Shown: positions 41,096 through 50,007 of the stretch, piece after piece
Layout: each line of letters begins with the position of its first letter
Numbering within the stretch: position 1 is the stretch's first letter
Origin: Candidatus Bathyarchaeota archaeon
GTDB lineage: Archaea; Thermoproteota; Bathyarchaeia; Bathyarchaeales; Bathycorpusculaceae
Assembly (NCBI GenBank): GCA_963775895.1
Contig: CAVZKL010000013.1
Span: 1-64,000 of the forward strand
Direction of reading: 5' to 3'
Length of the DNA: 64,000 nucleotides
Notes under the pieces: generated by a model
Database searches by the model: none
What the model was told of the DNA's origin: nothing
Seen by the model: only the letters and a program-made list of their open reading frames with translations
Position numbers and translations under genes: made by a program

Positions 41096-41814
41096 CTGAA
41101 CCGCGAGTCAAGTTAAAAGAAATCGCTCCTGCAAAAATAGGGCACACAATAATCAGCTCAAAGTGGTTGATGGAAGGTGAAGAAAGACTAGATGCAGAAC
41201 ATTACACGCAAGAAGGATTCAGATTTAAAAAAATACTCGAAGAAAGTGGTTATCCTCTTTGGCCTCTTGGAAAATGGAAGATTTTTAATCCTCCTCCTCT
41301 AAAGCGACATTTCATCGAAAAATCAGCTATGTCTGTTCCCTATATCATGCCATCAGAGATGTTTGATTTCAAAGTAACGCCAACAAAGTATGTGGCTCCA
41401 AAGAAAATCAAGAATGTAGAAGACTGGTATGTGAAAGAGGGCTGGATTATTCTTTCGCAATCAGGGAATGCAGGTCGCCCACTGTTTGTAACAAAGGAAT
41501 ACGAAAACATTGTTATCTCTCAAAACGCAATAAGAATTGTGCCAGATGAAGATTCTAAAGCTGGCTTTGTCTATGCTTACCTATCCACGAAGATGGGGCA
41601 ATCACTTTTAGGTCAAGAACAATTCGGCGTAACGGTAAAACACTTACGTCCTCATCATGTGGCTAATATTCCTGTTCCTGAGATTGACTCTGAAGCATCA
41701 AAACGAATCCACCGACAGATTGTTGAGGCTGCACGTTTAAGAAGTGAGGCAAATAGAATCGAGAATGAAGCTATAGCAGAATTGGATAGACTTTTGACCA
41801 AGGTGAAGTCCTAA
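41092..41814 (+). CDS. Half-size specificity subunit (single TRD, HsdS-like)
   Basis: ERLDAEHY, ILSQSGNAG, FVYAYLSTKMGQ, NIPVP and a terminal helix; overlaps the MTase stop (GTGA). Confidence 0.8.
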   Translation: MTEPRVKLKEIAPAKIGHTIISSKWLMEGEERLDAEHYTQEGFRFKKILEESGYPLWPLGKWKIFNPPPLKRHFIEKSAMSVPYIMPSEMFDFKVTPTKYVAPKKIKNVEDWYVKEGWIILSQSGNAGRPLFVTKEYENIVISQNAIRIVPDEDSKAGFVYAYLSTKMGQSLLGQEQFGVTVKHLRPHHVANIPVPEIDSEASKRIHRQIVEAARLRSEANRIENEAIAELDRLLTKVKS

Positions 41815-41908
41815 GCCCTTTACATGTTTTCGAATCTAGGTGGTATCCTGTGGGCATACCACAAGACATATATACTGTAAGGTATCTTATAGTATACCTG
41901 TGAGACGT

Positions 41909-42823
41909 ATGGCATGCAAATATTGTGGCTCTGAAAAAGTTCGAAAATGGGGCAAAGTCAAAGGCCAACAGGTCTACAAATGCAAGGACTGTGGACACCG
42001 ATTCTTCGAGAACGGCAACTTCTCAAAAATGAGAGTTGAAAAGAATCTAGTCGTTGCAGCACTGAACTTCTACTATGACGGTCTGAGCTTACGCAAGGCA
42101 CAGAGAAACCTAGAACAAATCTTCGGAGAAAGAATAAGCCAAGTCACGATTCTGAATTGGATAAAGAAGTATTCAAAGCTAGTCAAAGATTTCGTCACGA
42201 CCCTAACACCACAACTCTCAGGTTTATGGCATGAAGACGAAACCATGCTGTCATGCGAAGGGCGAAATGTTTGGTTCTGGGAAATGATAGACGAAGACAC
42301 AAGATTTCTAGTAACGTCTCACGTCTCAGGAACAAGAACCCTAGAAGACACAATAGCAGTATTCAAAAGAGGACTTGAACAGAGCAAGGTCAGACCTAGA
42401 GCCGTATTCGTGGATGGAAGCTTTGTGTATGAAACAGCTTTCAACAAAGTCTTCTACACGATGAGAAAAGACATAAGACCTGAGCTGGTGCAGAGAGTCG
42501 GAATACGAGCGAGAGAGACAAACAATATCGTTGAAAGGATGCATGGGACAGTCAAAGATCGCACAAGATGTATGAGAGGACTCAAAAGCTTCGAGTCTAC
42601 AAAGTCACTTCTCGAAGGTTTCACAATTCACTATAACTATGTTAGACCTCACCAAAGCCTAAACGGAAAGACACCTGCACAAGCAGCTAGAACACAAGCA
42701 CCTAGCACGTGGAAAGGTTTGATAGATGAAGCAACAAAGCACGAAGCACAAGTATTGGCAAAAGCAACAAGTCCTGAGACAAGAATAGAAGAAGGAAAAA
42801 AGGTGGAGGCGATTATAAAATGA
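41909..42823 (+). CDS. IS6/IS240-family DDE transposase with N-terminal Zn ribbon
   Basis: CKYCGS..YKCKDC; HTH SQVTILNWIKK; WHEDET, FVDG, NNIVERMHGTVK; YNYVRPHQSL. Confidence 0.9.
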   Translation: MACKYCGSEKVRKWGKVKGQQVYKCKDCGHRFFENGNFSKMRVEKNLVVAALNFYYDGLSLRKAQRNLEQIFGERISQVTILNWIKKYSKLVKDFVTTLTPQLSGLWHEDETMLSCEGRNVWFWEMIDEDTRFLVTSHVSGTRTLEDTIAVFKRGLEQSKVRPRAVFVDGSFVYETAFNKVFYTMRKDIRPELVQRVGIRARETNNIVERMHGTVKDRTRCMRGLKSFESTKSLLEGFTIHYNYVRPHQSLNGKTPAQAARTQAPSTWKGLIDEATKHEAQVLAKATSPETRIEEGKKVEAIIK

Positions 42824-42987
42824 GAAAAGTGTTAGTTGCACTTCCAGAGAATGTGGCTGATCTCCTGAACAAGGAGCTTGTCGGAACGATAGGAGAAACT
42901 TGCTCAGATACATTGCGAACAATCATAATGAGCTGGCTCTCAGAGAAAGGCTACTTGACAAAAGGTGGGAAACATGGCAAAGAATAA
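42820..42987 (+). CDS. Ribbon-helix-helix (CopG-like) small protein
   Basis: Hand translation MRKVLVALPENVADLLNKELVGTIGETCSDTLRTIIMSWLSEKGYLTKGGKHGKE; ATGA overlap with the transposase, GGAGG SD. Confidence 0.65.
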   Translation: MRKVLVALPENVADLLNKELVGTIGETCSDTLRTIIMSWLSEKGYLTKGGKHGKE

Positions 42988-43126
42988 ACCGAAACGAGAA
43001 CTTGCAGATGAAATTGATCTACTAGACACTATGCTTTCAAGCCTTGTAGAATTGCTTGAAGAAAAAGGCGTATTATCTCAAACGGAATGGGAAAAGCGAA
43101 TAAAAGAACGAATTACCGTCAAATAG
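42974..43126 (+). CDS. 50-aa hypothetical helical protein
   Basis: Hand translation MAKNKPKRELADEIDLLDTMLSSLVELLEEKGVLSQTEWEKRIKERITVK; AGGTGG SD. Confidence 0.6.
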   Translation: MAKNKPKRELADEIDLLDTMLSSLVELLEEKGVLSQTEWEKRIKERITVK

Positions 43127-43412
43127 ATGTTCAACAATAGATGTTCAAGTTGGCAAAGGTTAGCATGGGAAATTCTGCCAACTTTACCTTACCTTTACCA
43201 AATACCAATAAAATTCCTTATATGACGTAGCACCTAGACGTATAACCCGATGTTCAGGGCAGGTACGACTAAAGTATTCCACTTACCAACTTTGGTTTTT
43301 GCCTGCCCTGAACAATTTGCTTAAGCATGACGATATTGGAACGTCCACGCGTCGACCTTGCCCGCCTATGTATTGCAGGTACATAGCGTGGTCAATTTAT
43401 GGTCAATGGCCG

Positions 43413-44069
43413 TCATGCTTTCTGAGCTTGTTCAGGGCTGGCAACTATGGTCTGAGTCAGTTTGTCAGTGGCACGGAACCATTCTTTAATTCGCCCGCGT
43501 TTTCCCTCACTTTTTCCTTCCCTTCGCTCTAAATATCCTTCAATTGTCATTATGTCAAGAGCCGACTTCATCGTTTGACCAAAGCGGAGAGTTTGGGTCA
43601 TTAATGGTGTTAGAGAACGCTTAGAAAACTCGTTAACCCCAAAATGTTGAATTATAGTGCCTGCAAATTGGAATATGATGCTAGAGCGATCTCTAATATT
43701 CCCTAGACAGAAGGTTCGTCCTCTTGCTCCTCCCGAAACTTCTGCGAAGAGCGTTCCGTCTGGACGACGATAGTACCTATATTGACCGAAGTCCTTGCCT
43801 TGCCCTCTACTTTTGGATGCTTCAAAACCAATTTGCGTCCCTAAACCGAATACGTCACTTAATCTAGTAGCTTCTGATTTGGGTTCACGTATTGGTGGAT
43901 GAATTTGGATAGATGCAAAACCATCGTTGTCAACAGAGATTATGCTCACTTCACTGGCATCTTTGTCAGTTAATGTGAACAGACCATCACTTATCAAGCC
44001 ATTAGCCCCTAGCCTGAATCTCAAAGGAAGAGGTAGTTTTCTGATCTTAGTTTCACTTGGTTTTTGCAA
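43413..44069 (-). CDS. Hypothetical protein with possible C-terminal winged helix
   Basis: 218 aa; KSALDIMTIEGYLERREG..EWFRAT. Confidence 0.55.
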   Translation of the reverse strand: MQKPSETKIRKLPLPLRFRLGANGLISDGLFTLTDKDASEVSIISVDNDGFASIQIHPPIREPKSEATRLSDVFGLGTQIGFEASKSRGQGKDFGQYRYYRRPDGTLFAEVSGGARGRTFCLGNIRDRSSIIFQFAGTIIQHFGVNEFSKRSLTPLMTQTLRFGQTMKSALDIMTIEGYLERREGKSEGKRGRIKEWFRATDKLTQTIVASPEQAQKA

Positions 44070-44264
44070 TGTCTTTCACTGTATTCCACTTACCAATTCC
44101 TTTACTTGCAGCGCAAGTTGTATTTAAAATAATCTACTCATAAAGAACGCAACATTGCTCATCAGCCCATGCCGATGTCAGAAGCCTAGTCTACCACAAA
44201 TAACTTAACAGTATCGCTTTGACCAAAAAGATTTAAGAGGGCAACGCTCAGCTTTAGAGGCAGC

Positions 44265-44364
44265 AGCGGGGTGGGGTAGCCAGGATTAACCCGCTGGGCT
44301 CATAAGAGCAAGAATGCTCCGAGAAACCCAGAGATCAGTAGTTCAAATCTACTCCCCGCTACCA
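44265..44364 (+). tRNA. Initiator tRNA-Met(CAT) with a 21-nt intron at 37/38 (44305-44325) and encoded CCA
   Basis: AGCGGGG/CCCCGCT acceptor with A1:U72, GGG/CCC in anticodon stem, CAT at 44301-44303, GTTCAAATC T-loop, bulge-helix-bulge; upstream AAAAGATTTAA promoter. Confidence 0.95.
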
Positions 44365-44434
44365 CAAATAAAGTGTGCGTTATAACAAAAAAAGTCGCTA
44401 AAAAAATCGTGGCTTTTGCTGCAAGTTGGAGATG

Positions 44435-44629
44435 CTAACCTCTTCCTTTTTCTTCTTTTCCGAAGTACGCTGTCCACTTGAGTTTTCTTGCGTCTCTTCC
44501 GAAGAACGAACTCTTTCGGCATTTGCTTGAGCAGAACCACAGAATCGACCCGTCGTTCTTGATGTACATCATCCCTGTGCCCGCTGGGAACTCGTTACCG
44601 CAGAATGAACATTTTCTTGATCTTGGCAC
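44435..44629 (-). CDS. rpl24e: 50S ribosomal protein L24e
   Basis: CSFCG..GTG.MY..DG..FCSSKC..LKWT. Confidence 0.95.
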   Translation of the reverse strand: MPRSRKCSFCGNEFPAGTGMMYIKNDGSILWFCSSKCRKSSFFGRDARKLKWTAYFGKEEKGRG

Positions 44630-44660
44630 GGTCGATGTCGCCCCTCAATTGCTATCTAGC

Positions 44661-44891
44661 TTATCTGTTGATTTTCTTGGCTTCTCTTTCAGTTTCTCTA
44701 AGCATCAACGTGTCTTGAACTCTGACCGGCCCCTTAACGTTACGTGTTATGATGCGTCCTTTGTCCTTGCCTTCAAGGATCCTCACTCTGACTTGACTGA
44801 TCTCGCCCGTCACACCTGTGCGTCCTATCACCTGAATTACTTCCGCAGGTGTAAGCTCGACTTGTTGAGCTTCTCTGGCTTCCTTGCTCAT
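44661..44891 (-). CDS. rps28e: 30S ribosomal protein S28e
   Basis: [22 protein letters not shown]. Confidence 0.95.
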   Translation of the reverse strand: MSKEAREAQQVELTPAEVIQVIGRTGVTGEISQVRVRILEGKDKGRIITRNVKGPVRVQDTLMLRETEREAKKINR

Positions 44892-45280
44892 TACGTGGAT
44901 CCTCGTCTGACCTGCTCTACCCTAGCAACTATTTCTTTCACTAACCCCGTGGCTTCTCCTTCTTTGACGATGCACGCCGCGCCCGCTGGAACGTCAATTC
45001 CTATCGCAGTACCTATTTTGTCCTTGTTTGGCACGTATATGTAAGGGATTTTTCTTTCTTCACATAACAGGGGTAGATGTGCAACAACTTCTGGAGGTTC
45101 GACGTCTTCTGCAATGATCACAAGCTTTGCCTGAGCCCTTTCAATGGCTTTGGTTGTTTCGTTGGTTCCCTTTCTAACACTGCCTGTTTTGGCAGCTATT
45201 TGCAGGGCTTCATAGGCCGCATCCGCGAGCTCCTTTGAAACCTCAAACTTCACGAAGAATGGTTTAGACATAAGCCTCAC
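44891..45280 (-). CDS. rpl7ae: 50S ribosomal protein L7Ae
   Basis: [29 protein letters not shown]. Confidence 0.95.
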   Translation of the reverse strand: MRLMSKPFFVKFEVSKELADAAYEALQIAAKTGSVRKGTNETTKAIERAQAKLVIIAEDVEPPEVVAHLPLLCEERKIPYIYVPNKDKIGTAIGIDVPAGAACIVKEGEATGLVKEIVARVEQVRRGST

Positions 45281-45414
45281 CCTTCAAATGCACAGTCTAA
45301 TCAATACTTCCTCTTTATCAAGGTTTCGACAACAAAAACACGAGTTTTGAGGACTGTAAGAACCACAATCTGTTGAGGCATATAGAAAGTAAGAAGAAAG
45401 GTTTTTGATGGGAG

Positions 45415-45654
45415 TTACGCCTTCTTGGCAATCGTAATCTTGACAACCAACAATCCAAGGCAGTGAGGACAGGATTTCCGTCCTCGCTTCAGATGGAAAG
45501 TCCCGCCACAGTTGATGCAAACTTGCAAGCTTTGGATGCATTTCTCGCCAAGTGCAGCGTATTTGAGCGACGCGCTACCTATCTTTTCCCGTTGCGATTG
45601 CCATTCTGTGTCACATTCCAAACAGTTTGATGATGTCTCAGGCATAATCTGCAC
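45415..45654 (-). CDS. Possible small Cys-rich protein
   Basis: Three CxxC pairs (CLEC, CINC, CPHC); start uncertain. Confidence 0.4.
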   Translation of the reverse strand: MQIMPETSSNCLECDTEWQSQREKIGSASLKYAALGEKCIQSLQVCINCGGTFHLKRGRKSCPHCLGLLVVKITIAKKA

Positions 45655-45788
45655 TCACGCGGTAAGTCGTTGCCGACTTTGCTGGCCGTGACGCCGGTCA
45701 GCTTTGCTTTTTGCAGATTTCTATCGATAATTGATATAAGATGGGTGAAGGGTTTAAAGCTACGCTTCAGAACATCACCGTTCTAAAT

Positions 45789-46082
45789 CTAGTACGGTGG
45801 AAACCTCACATGGGTAAAGCCGCGAGGAATCCTGCGTCTGACGAACAGGTACAGGGTGACAGCTATCACAAAACTGACCACAACAACAGTGAAGTCTGAG
45901 GCGTAAGACTCCGGCGAGTTAAATTGGTTGGATCCTCTTTCAAGAGAACCGAATTCGCCCAGAAACCTGGGCACGTTCCCACTGGTGTCTTGGCGGATTA
46001 AGGCAACAGCAATCAGAGGAGCCAGTGTCACCGCGATTCCAAGAATGATGGCGATCGTCAGATAGAGTAGGGATTTCCTCAC
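45789..46082 (-). CDS. Two-TM membrane protein
   Basis: Hydrophobic N- and C-terminal helices. Confidence 0.6.
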   Translation of the reverse strand: MRKSLLYLTIAIILGIAVTLAPLIAVALIRQDTSGNVPRFLGEFGSLERGSNQFNSPESYASDFTVVVVSFVIAVTLYLFVRRRIPRGFTHVRFPPY

Positions 46083-46155
46083 TGTGTTCGCTTCTCCAGT
46101 ATACGGAATATGTCATCACTATTAGTTCTACACTTTAGAACAGAATGTAAAACGC

Positions 46156-46614
46156 TCAGAATGGTCTCGCTCTCCACAATCTGATGGTTTCTATCCAGAA
46201 AATAAGCAATGCAATGGCGCCAAAAGCAACCGTGTAGAAGCTGGGCGGAACCTGCGTGATGAAGCTCACGGTCAGATAAGTAGCCAACATAGTTGTAAAC
46301 AGTACGGAATAGAAGAGATATCGAGGAACAAGGAAGTTGCCCATGCGCGTGAAGAATCGCAAGATTCCAACTTTGACTTCTTCCTCAAGAACATATTCCC
46401 CTGTGCCCTTCTTCTCTACTAGTCCTAGATCTTGCAGTTTCTGAAGATGATGCACCGCTATGCTCGGACTGGAAAAACCTAAGGCCCGTTGAACTTCACG
46501 GACGCCAACCGTGTGTGTGGACTGCTGCAATAAATACCAATAGACGAGCAGGGTTTTTCCTTTCAGTGCTGATTCTAGGAAAGCAGCATCGAATTCGTGC
46601 GGGTTTTTCGACAC
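46156..46614 (-). CDS. Membrane-anchored winged-helix regulator
   Basis: GVREVQRALGFSSPSIAVHHLQKL..GLV plus two C-terminal TM helices. Confidence 0.75.
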   Translation of the reverse strand: MSKNPHEFDAAFLESALKGKTLLVYWYLLQQSTHTVGVREVQRALGFSSPSIAVHHLQKLQDLGLVEKKGTGEYVLEEEVKVGILRFFTRMGNFLVPRYLFYSVLFTTMLATYLTVSFITQVPPSFYTVAFGAIALLIFWIETIRLWRARPF

Positions 46615-46865
46615 TTACCATCGCCAGTACAATTTATGGAGCAAGTTGTTAAAAGATTAATCATCCAACTTGTGAAGTCACTTCACTCATTCACGCTTAT
46701 CAGTTTCCACTTTCAGAGGACACTGCATAAGCAAATGAACCTGAATTGGGCTGAATTGACGCGATTTTCAAAAAGGAGACAGCTTCCCTCAGATTTGAGC
46801 GTAGAAAAGTTTAAATAGGCTGCTTCGTTGAAGAATTTTGCTTTTGCTGAGGGGAATCCGCAAGT

Positions 46866-47126
46866 TTGCAGAGATTAGGCCTGATACTTCACGTTAGTCC
46901 GAGCAAGAACATGATAATTAAAGTTGAAAAAATCCCGAGAATTGGCGAAACAGTCGTGGATGAAAATCTGAAACCGGTCGGAACGGTTTTTGATCTTCTT
47001 GGCCCGGTGTCTTCACCATACGTCTCTATAAGACCCACGGTACGTGACCCCGAAAAACTCGTGAACAAACCAGTGTATGCGATCCCCTCCCAGAAGAGAA
47101 AGGAGAAGAACAAGTATGGACGATAG
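46866..47126 (+). CDS. gar1: H/ACA RNP Gar1/Naf1 protein
   Basis: [25 protein letters not shown]; usual position upstream of tfb. Confidence 0.85.
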   Translation: MQRLGLILHVSPSKNMIIKVEKIPRIGETVVDENLKPVGTVFDLLGPVSSPYVSIRPTVRDPEKLVNKPVYAIPSQKRKEKNKYGR

Positions 47127-48090
47127 CGATGAAGTACAAACAGATGCAGATTCCGCCTCACCTACACACGCTCACGAGCCGGCGAAGGTTCAGAGCTGTC
47201 CAGAATGCCACAGTACAAGACTAATGCGCGATTATGAGAACGCCGAATTGGTCTGCATGAACTGCGGATTCGTCCTTGCAGCAAAGATAGCTGACAGAGG
47301 ACCTGAATGGAGAGCGTTTGACGATGAACAGAGAGCTAAGAGAACGAGAGTCGGCGCACCTCTTACCTATACGATTCATGACAAAGGACTGTCAACGATG
47401 ATTGACTGGCACGACAGAGACGTCTACGGTAAGAGCCTCTCACCTGGACAGAAAGCGCAGGTCTACAGACTCAGAAAATGGCAACGTCGTATACGAGTTT
47501 CGGACGCGACTGAACGGAACCTTGCCTTCGCGTTGTCTGAGATCACGAAGATCGCTAACAACTTGAACCTTCCAAAGAGCATTCTTGAAACGGCCTCAGT
47601 CATCTACCGGAAAGCTGTGAAAGAACGGTTGATAAGAGGAAGATCGATTCAAGGAGTAACGGCGGCAGCAATCTATCTTGCCTGTAGACAATGCGGCTTG
47701 GCCAGAACGTTGGAAGAAATAGCGCAATCATCAAGCGTACCCAAGAAAGAAGTTGGACGCAGTTACCGATTTTTGATAAAGGAACTGAACTACTCGATAC
47801 CGCCCTTAAAACCAAGCCAGTACATCACGAAATTCTCGAACCAATTGACGATGCAGGGAAAAGTCGAGGAAATAGCCCACAAGATCCTCGGCGCCGCAAA
47901 AGAACTCAAACTCACGTCTGGACGAGGGCCCACAGGCATAGCGGCCGCAGCAAGCTACATTGCGTCCGTGCTTACGGGTGAAAGAAAGACGCAGAGAGAA
48001 ATTGCTGAAATAGCACAGGTGACTGAAGTCACGATTCGTAACCGCTACAAGGAACTCGTGGAGCGATTAATGTTCCACATGACCATCTAA
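47116..48090 (+). CDS. tfb: Transcription initiation factor IIB
   Basis: CPEC Zn ribbon, GPEWRAF, HDKGLST, RLRKWQ, cyclin repeats, [11 protein letters not shown]. Confidence 0.96.
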   Translation: MDDSDEVQTDADSASPTHAHEPAKVQSCPECHSTRLMRDYENAELVCMNCGFVLAAKIADRGPEWRAFDDEQRAKRTRVGAPLTYTIHDKGLSTMIDWHDRDVYGKSLSPGQKAQVYRLRKWQRRIRVSDATERNLAFALSEITKIANNLNLPKSILETASVIYRKAVKERLIRGRSIQGVTAAAIYLACRQCGLARTLEEIAQSSSVPKKEVGRSYRFLIKELNYSIPPLKPSQYITKFSNQLTMQGKVEEIAHKILGAAKELKLTSGRGPTGIAAAASYIASVLTGERKTQREIAEIAQVTEVTIRNRYKELVERLMFHMTI

Positions 48091-48188
48091 CGACATCCCC
48101 CTCTTTTTCTTAACGTCGATTTTATCCGCTTCGGTTTTTGCAAAACAGATTTTAGACGCGCCATATTATGATTGCCTGAGGAGACTAA

Positions 48189-48614
48189 TTGCCAAACTGC
48201 CCGAAATGCGGCTATAGCGTTCAGAAACCCGTCAAGACGTGGCCTATCCCGTCGCGCAGACCTTTGAAAGAAGGGGAACAAGCGAGACTTGCCGGAATTT
48301 TCGAATGCCCTAACTGCAAGGCGAGGTTCAGAGCCGCCGTTGAAACCGAAGTAAAGGCCCAGCAGGCAGTAACTATTAAAGACATGGTCGGAAGGATAAA
48401 GGGCATTAGGGAAGAGCTCATGCTGACGTTGACGAACCTTCGCGAGAAGATAAAGACACTGGAGATTGAAAAAGCCAGTTTGATGACTGAAATAGAGAAC
48501 CTGAGAAAAGTGGCAGAAGCAAGGGCCAATACTCTGGAAAACGAAGTCGGTACGCTAAGAGAAGAAGTCAGATCTCTCAAGGACCTTCTCGGTTACGTGG
48601 AAGAACGGAAGTAA
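48189..48614 (+). CDS. Cren7-like Zn-ribbon domain fused to a coiled coil
   Basis: CPKCG..PVKTW..GIFECPNCKARFR followed by heptad repeats. Confidence 0.6.
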   Translation: MPNCPKCGYSVQKPVKTWPIPSRRPLKEGEQARLAGIFECPNCKARFRAAVETEVKAQQAVTIKDMVGRIKGIREELMLTLTNLREKIKTLEIEKASLMTEIENLRKVAEARANTLENEVGTLREEVRSLKDLLGYVEERK

Positions 48615-48648
48615 CGAAACCCTTCATTCGGCCCAGAGACTTTTTCGG

Positions 48649-49047
48649 TTAAGCAGGCAGGAATTTCTTGTAATATTCCTGAGCGACAGCCACAGCTTTT
48701 TCTGGCTTTTTCAGTATCTTGTAGTGTTTGCCCATGATCTTCTCCGCTTCGCTATAGTATTCCACGACTTTCTTCACGTTTCCTTCGTAGATCGACAACC
48801 CGCCAGCGACTGCGTACCACATCCCCGCTTTTGACTTATCGCCATCATCTTTAGATTTCTTAGCGTTTTCCAATGCCTCCTTCAATGAAAACTCGATGTT
48901 CTTAGGGTTAAGGAACATCGTCGCTGAAAGCGCTTCGTACGTCTCTTCATCGTCCCCCACTAGTTGTTGAAGTTCCGACAACATTTCTGCCTTTTGAACA
49001 ACAGGGTTCTCCGTTTTCGTCTTAACTTTTTTTGACTGTTTTGACAT
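48649..49047 (-). CDS. Hypothetical helical protein
   Basis: 132-aa ORF with upstream GGTGG SD. Confidence 0.6.
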   Translation of the reverse strand: MSKQSKKVKTKTENPVVQKAEMLSELQQLVGDDEETYEALSATMFLNPKNIEFSLKEALENAKKSKDDGDKSKAGMWYAVAGGLSIYEGNVKKVVEYYSEAEKIMGKHYKILKKPEKAVAVAQEYYKKFLPA

Positions 49048-49135
49048 ATCAAACCACCAGCTGCTTGAATTTTCAGCTTTTGAAGTAGTATTGAAACAGT
49101 TAATCTTAAAGGTTTGTCCGTCTAATCGGTAGGTT

Positions 49136-49751
49136 ATGCCCTACAAGTTCACGTTCGACCTTTCGAAGATTCCTCGGTTCGTGTTTACAGAGATAGCTAA
49201 GACCAGCTTTCAGAGAGGCATGCACAAACAAATTGGCAAGACTGCCAAAGACATGATAAAGAGATTCAGGATCCAAGAGTCCACAGGACTGAACCTTTGT
49301 GACGCCGTTACCCTTCTTCAGGACCTGATAGAGACTCAAACATTAAACTTGGTCGACCGGGAGAAGTTCATCAAAACCAAGAAAAGAGCCCTGTTTTTGC
49401 CTCACTGTGCAAGAAAGTACATGGACGGCAGATGCGGAGCATCCTTTGATTCGAGCATTCCATCCTACGTTTGTGCTCACTGTTCCCCGGACTGTCTGGT
49501 TGAAAACGCGACGACTCTTTGCGCAGGAAAAAGGTTACGATGTCTATATTCTGCCAGGCGGTTCATGTATCCCGAAAATCCTGAAAGCCAAACACTATGA
49601 AGGCGTGGTTGGAGTTGCCTGTGGGGAAGAAGTGAAGACTGGAGGAGAAGTCTTGAAGGCTATGAATGTTGTCGGTCAGAACGTTCCATTGATAAAGAAT
49701 GGGTGCGCAAACACCGCTTTCAACATGGAGACGCTGCACACTACTTTATGA
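49136..49751 (+). CDS. DUF116 protein, frameshifted near 49520
   Basis: LFLPHCAR..C..C; second frame YILPGGS..GVACGEE..NGCANT. Confidence 0.75.
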
Positions 49752-49769
49752 GAAATGAGAAAATTAGGA

Positions 49770-49931
49770 TTACTTGACGATTTCGCGTTTCTTCCAGCGC
49801 AGGTTCTTGGCGTGGCATTTCCTGCATTTAACTGCCGTTGCCGCGTTTCTTGCTCCACAGTCTCGGCATATTTTCAAGTAAAGCCTGTGCTTCTGCGCTA
49901 GCGCTTTCTTGAGTGGATCTAATATGGGCAT
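49770..49931 (-). CDS. rpl40e: 50S ribosomal protein L40e
   Basis: KICRDCGARN...KCRKC...LRWK. Confidence 0.92.
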   Translation of the reverse strand: MPILDPLKKALAQKHRLYLKICRDCGARNAATAVKCRKCHAKNLRWKKREIVK

Positions 49932-50007
49932 TGGCTCGTACCACGTTTGAGTGACTAACACTCACACGGTTCTGTCGTAGATATACTTTTTTGTCTGAAG
50001 GCGATCC

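Larger units (their letters stand above)
38972..44215. mobile_element. IS6-family unit transposon with passenger genes (5244 bp)
   Basis: Perfect 23-bp TIRs GATACTGTTAAGTTATTTGTGGT (38972-38994) and ACCACAAATAACTTAACAGTATC (44193-44215); flanks GCATTGACC (38963-38971) and GCTTTGACC (44216-44224); single DDE transposase inside; AT-richer cargo. Confidence 0.85.

Noticed and set aside
38972-44215. Composite transposon or integrase-type island
   Set aside because: Only one transposase, no second IS copy and no tyrosine or serine integrase
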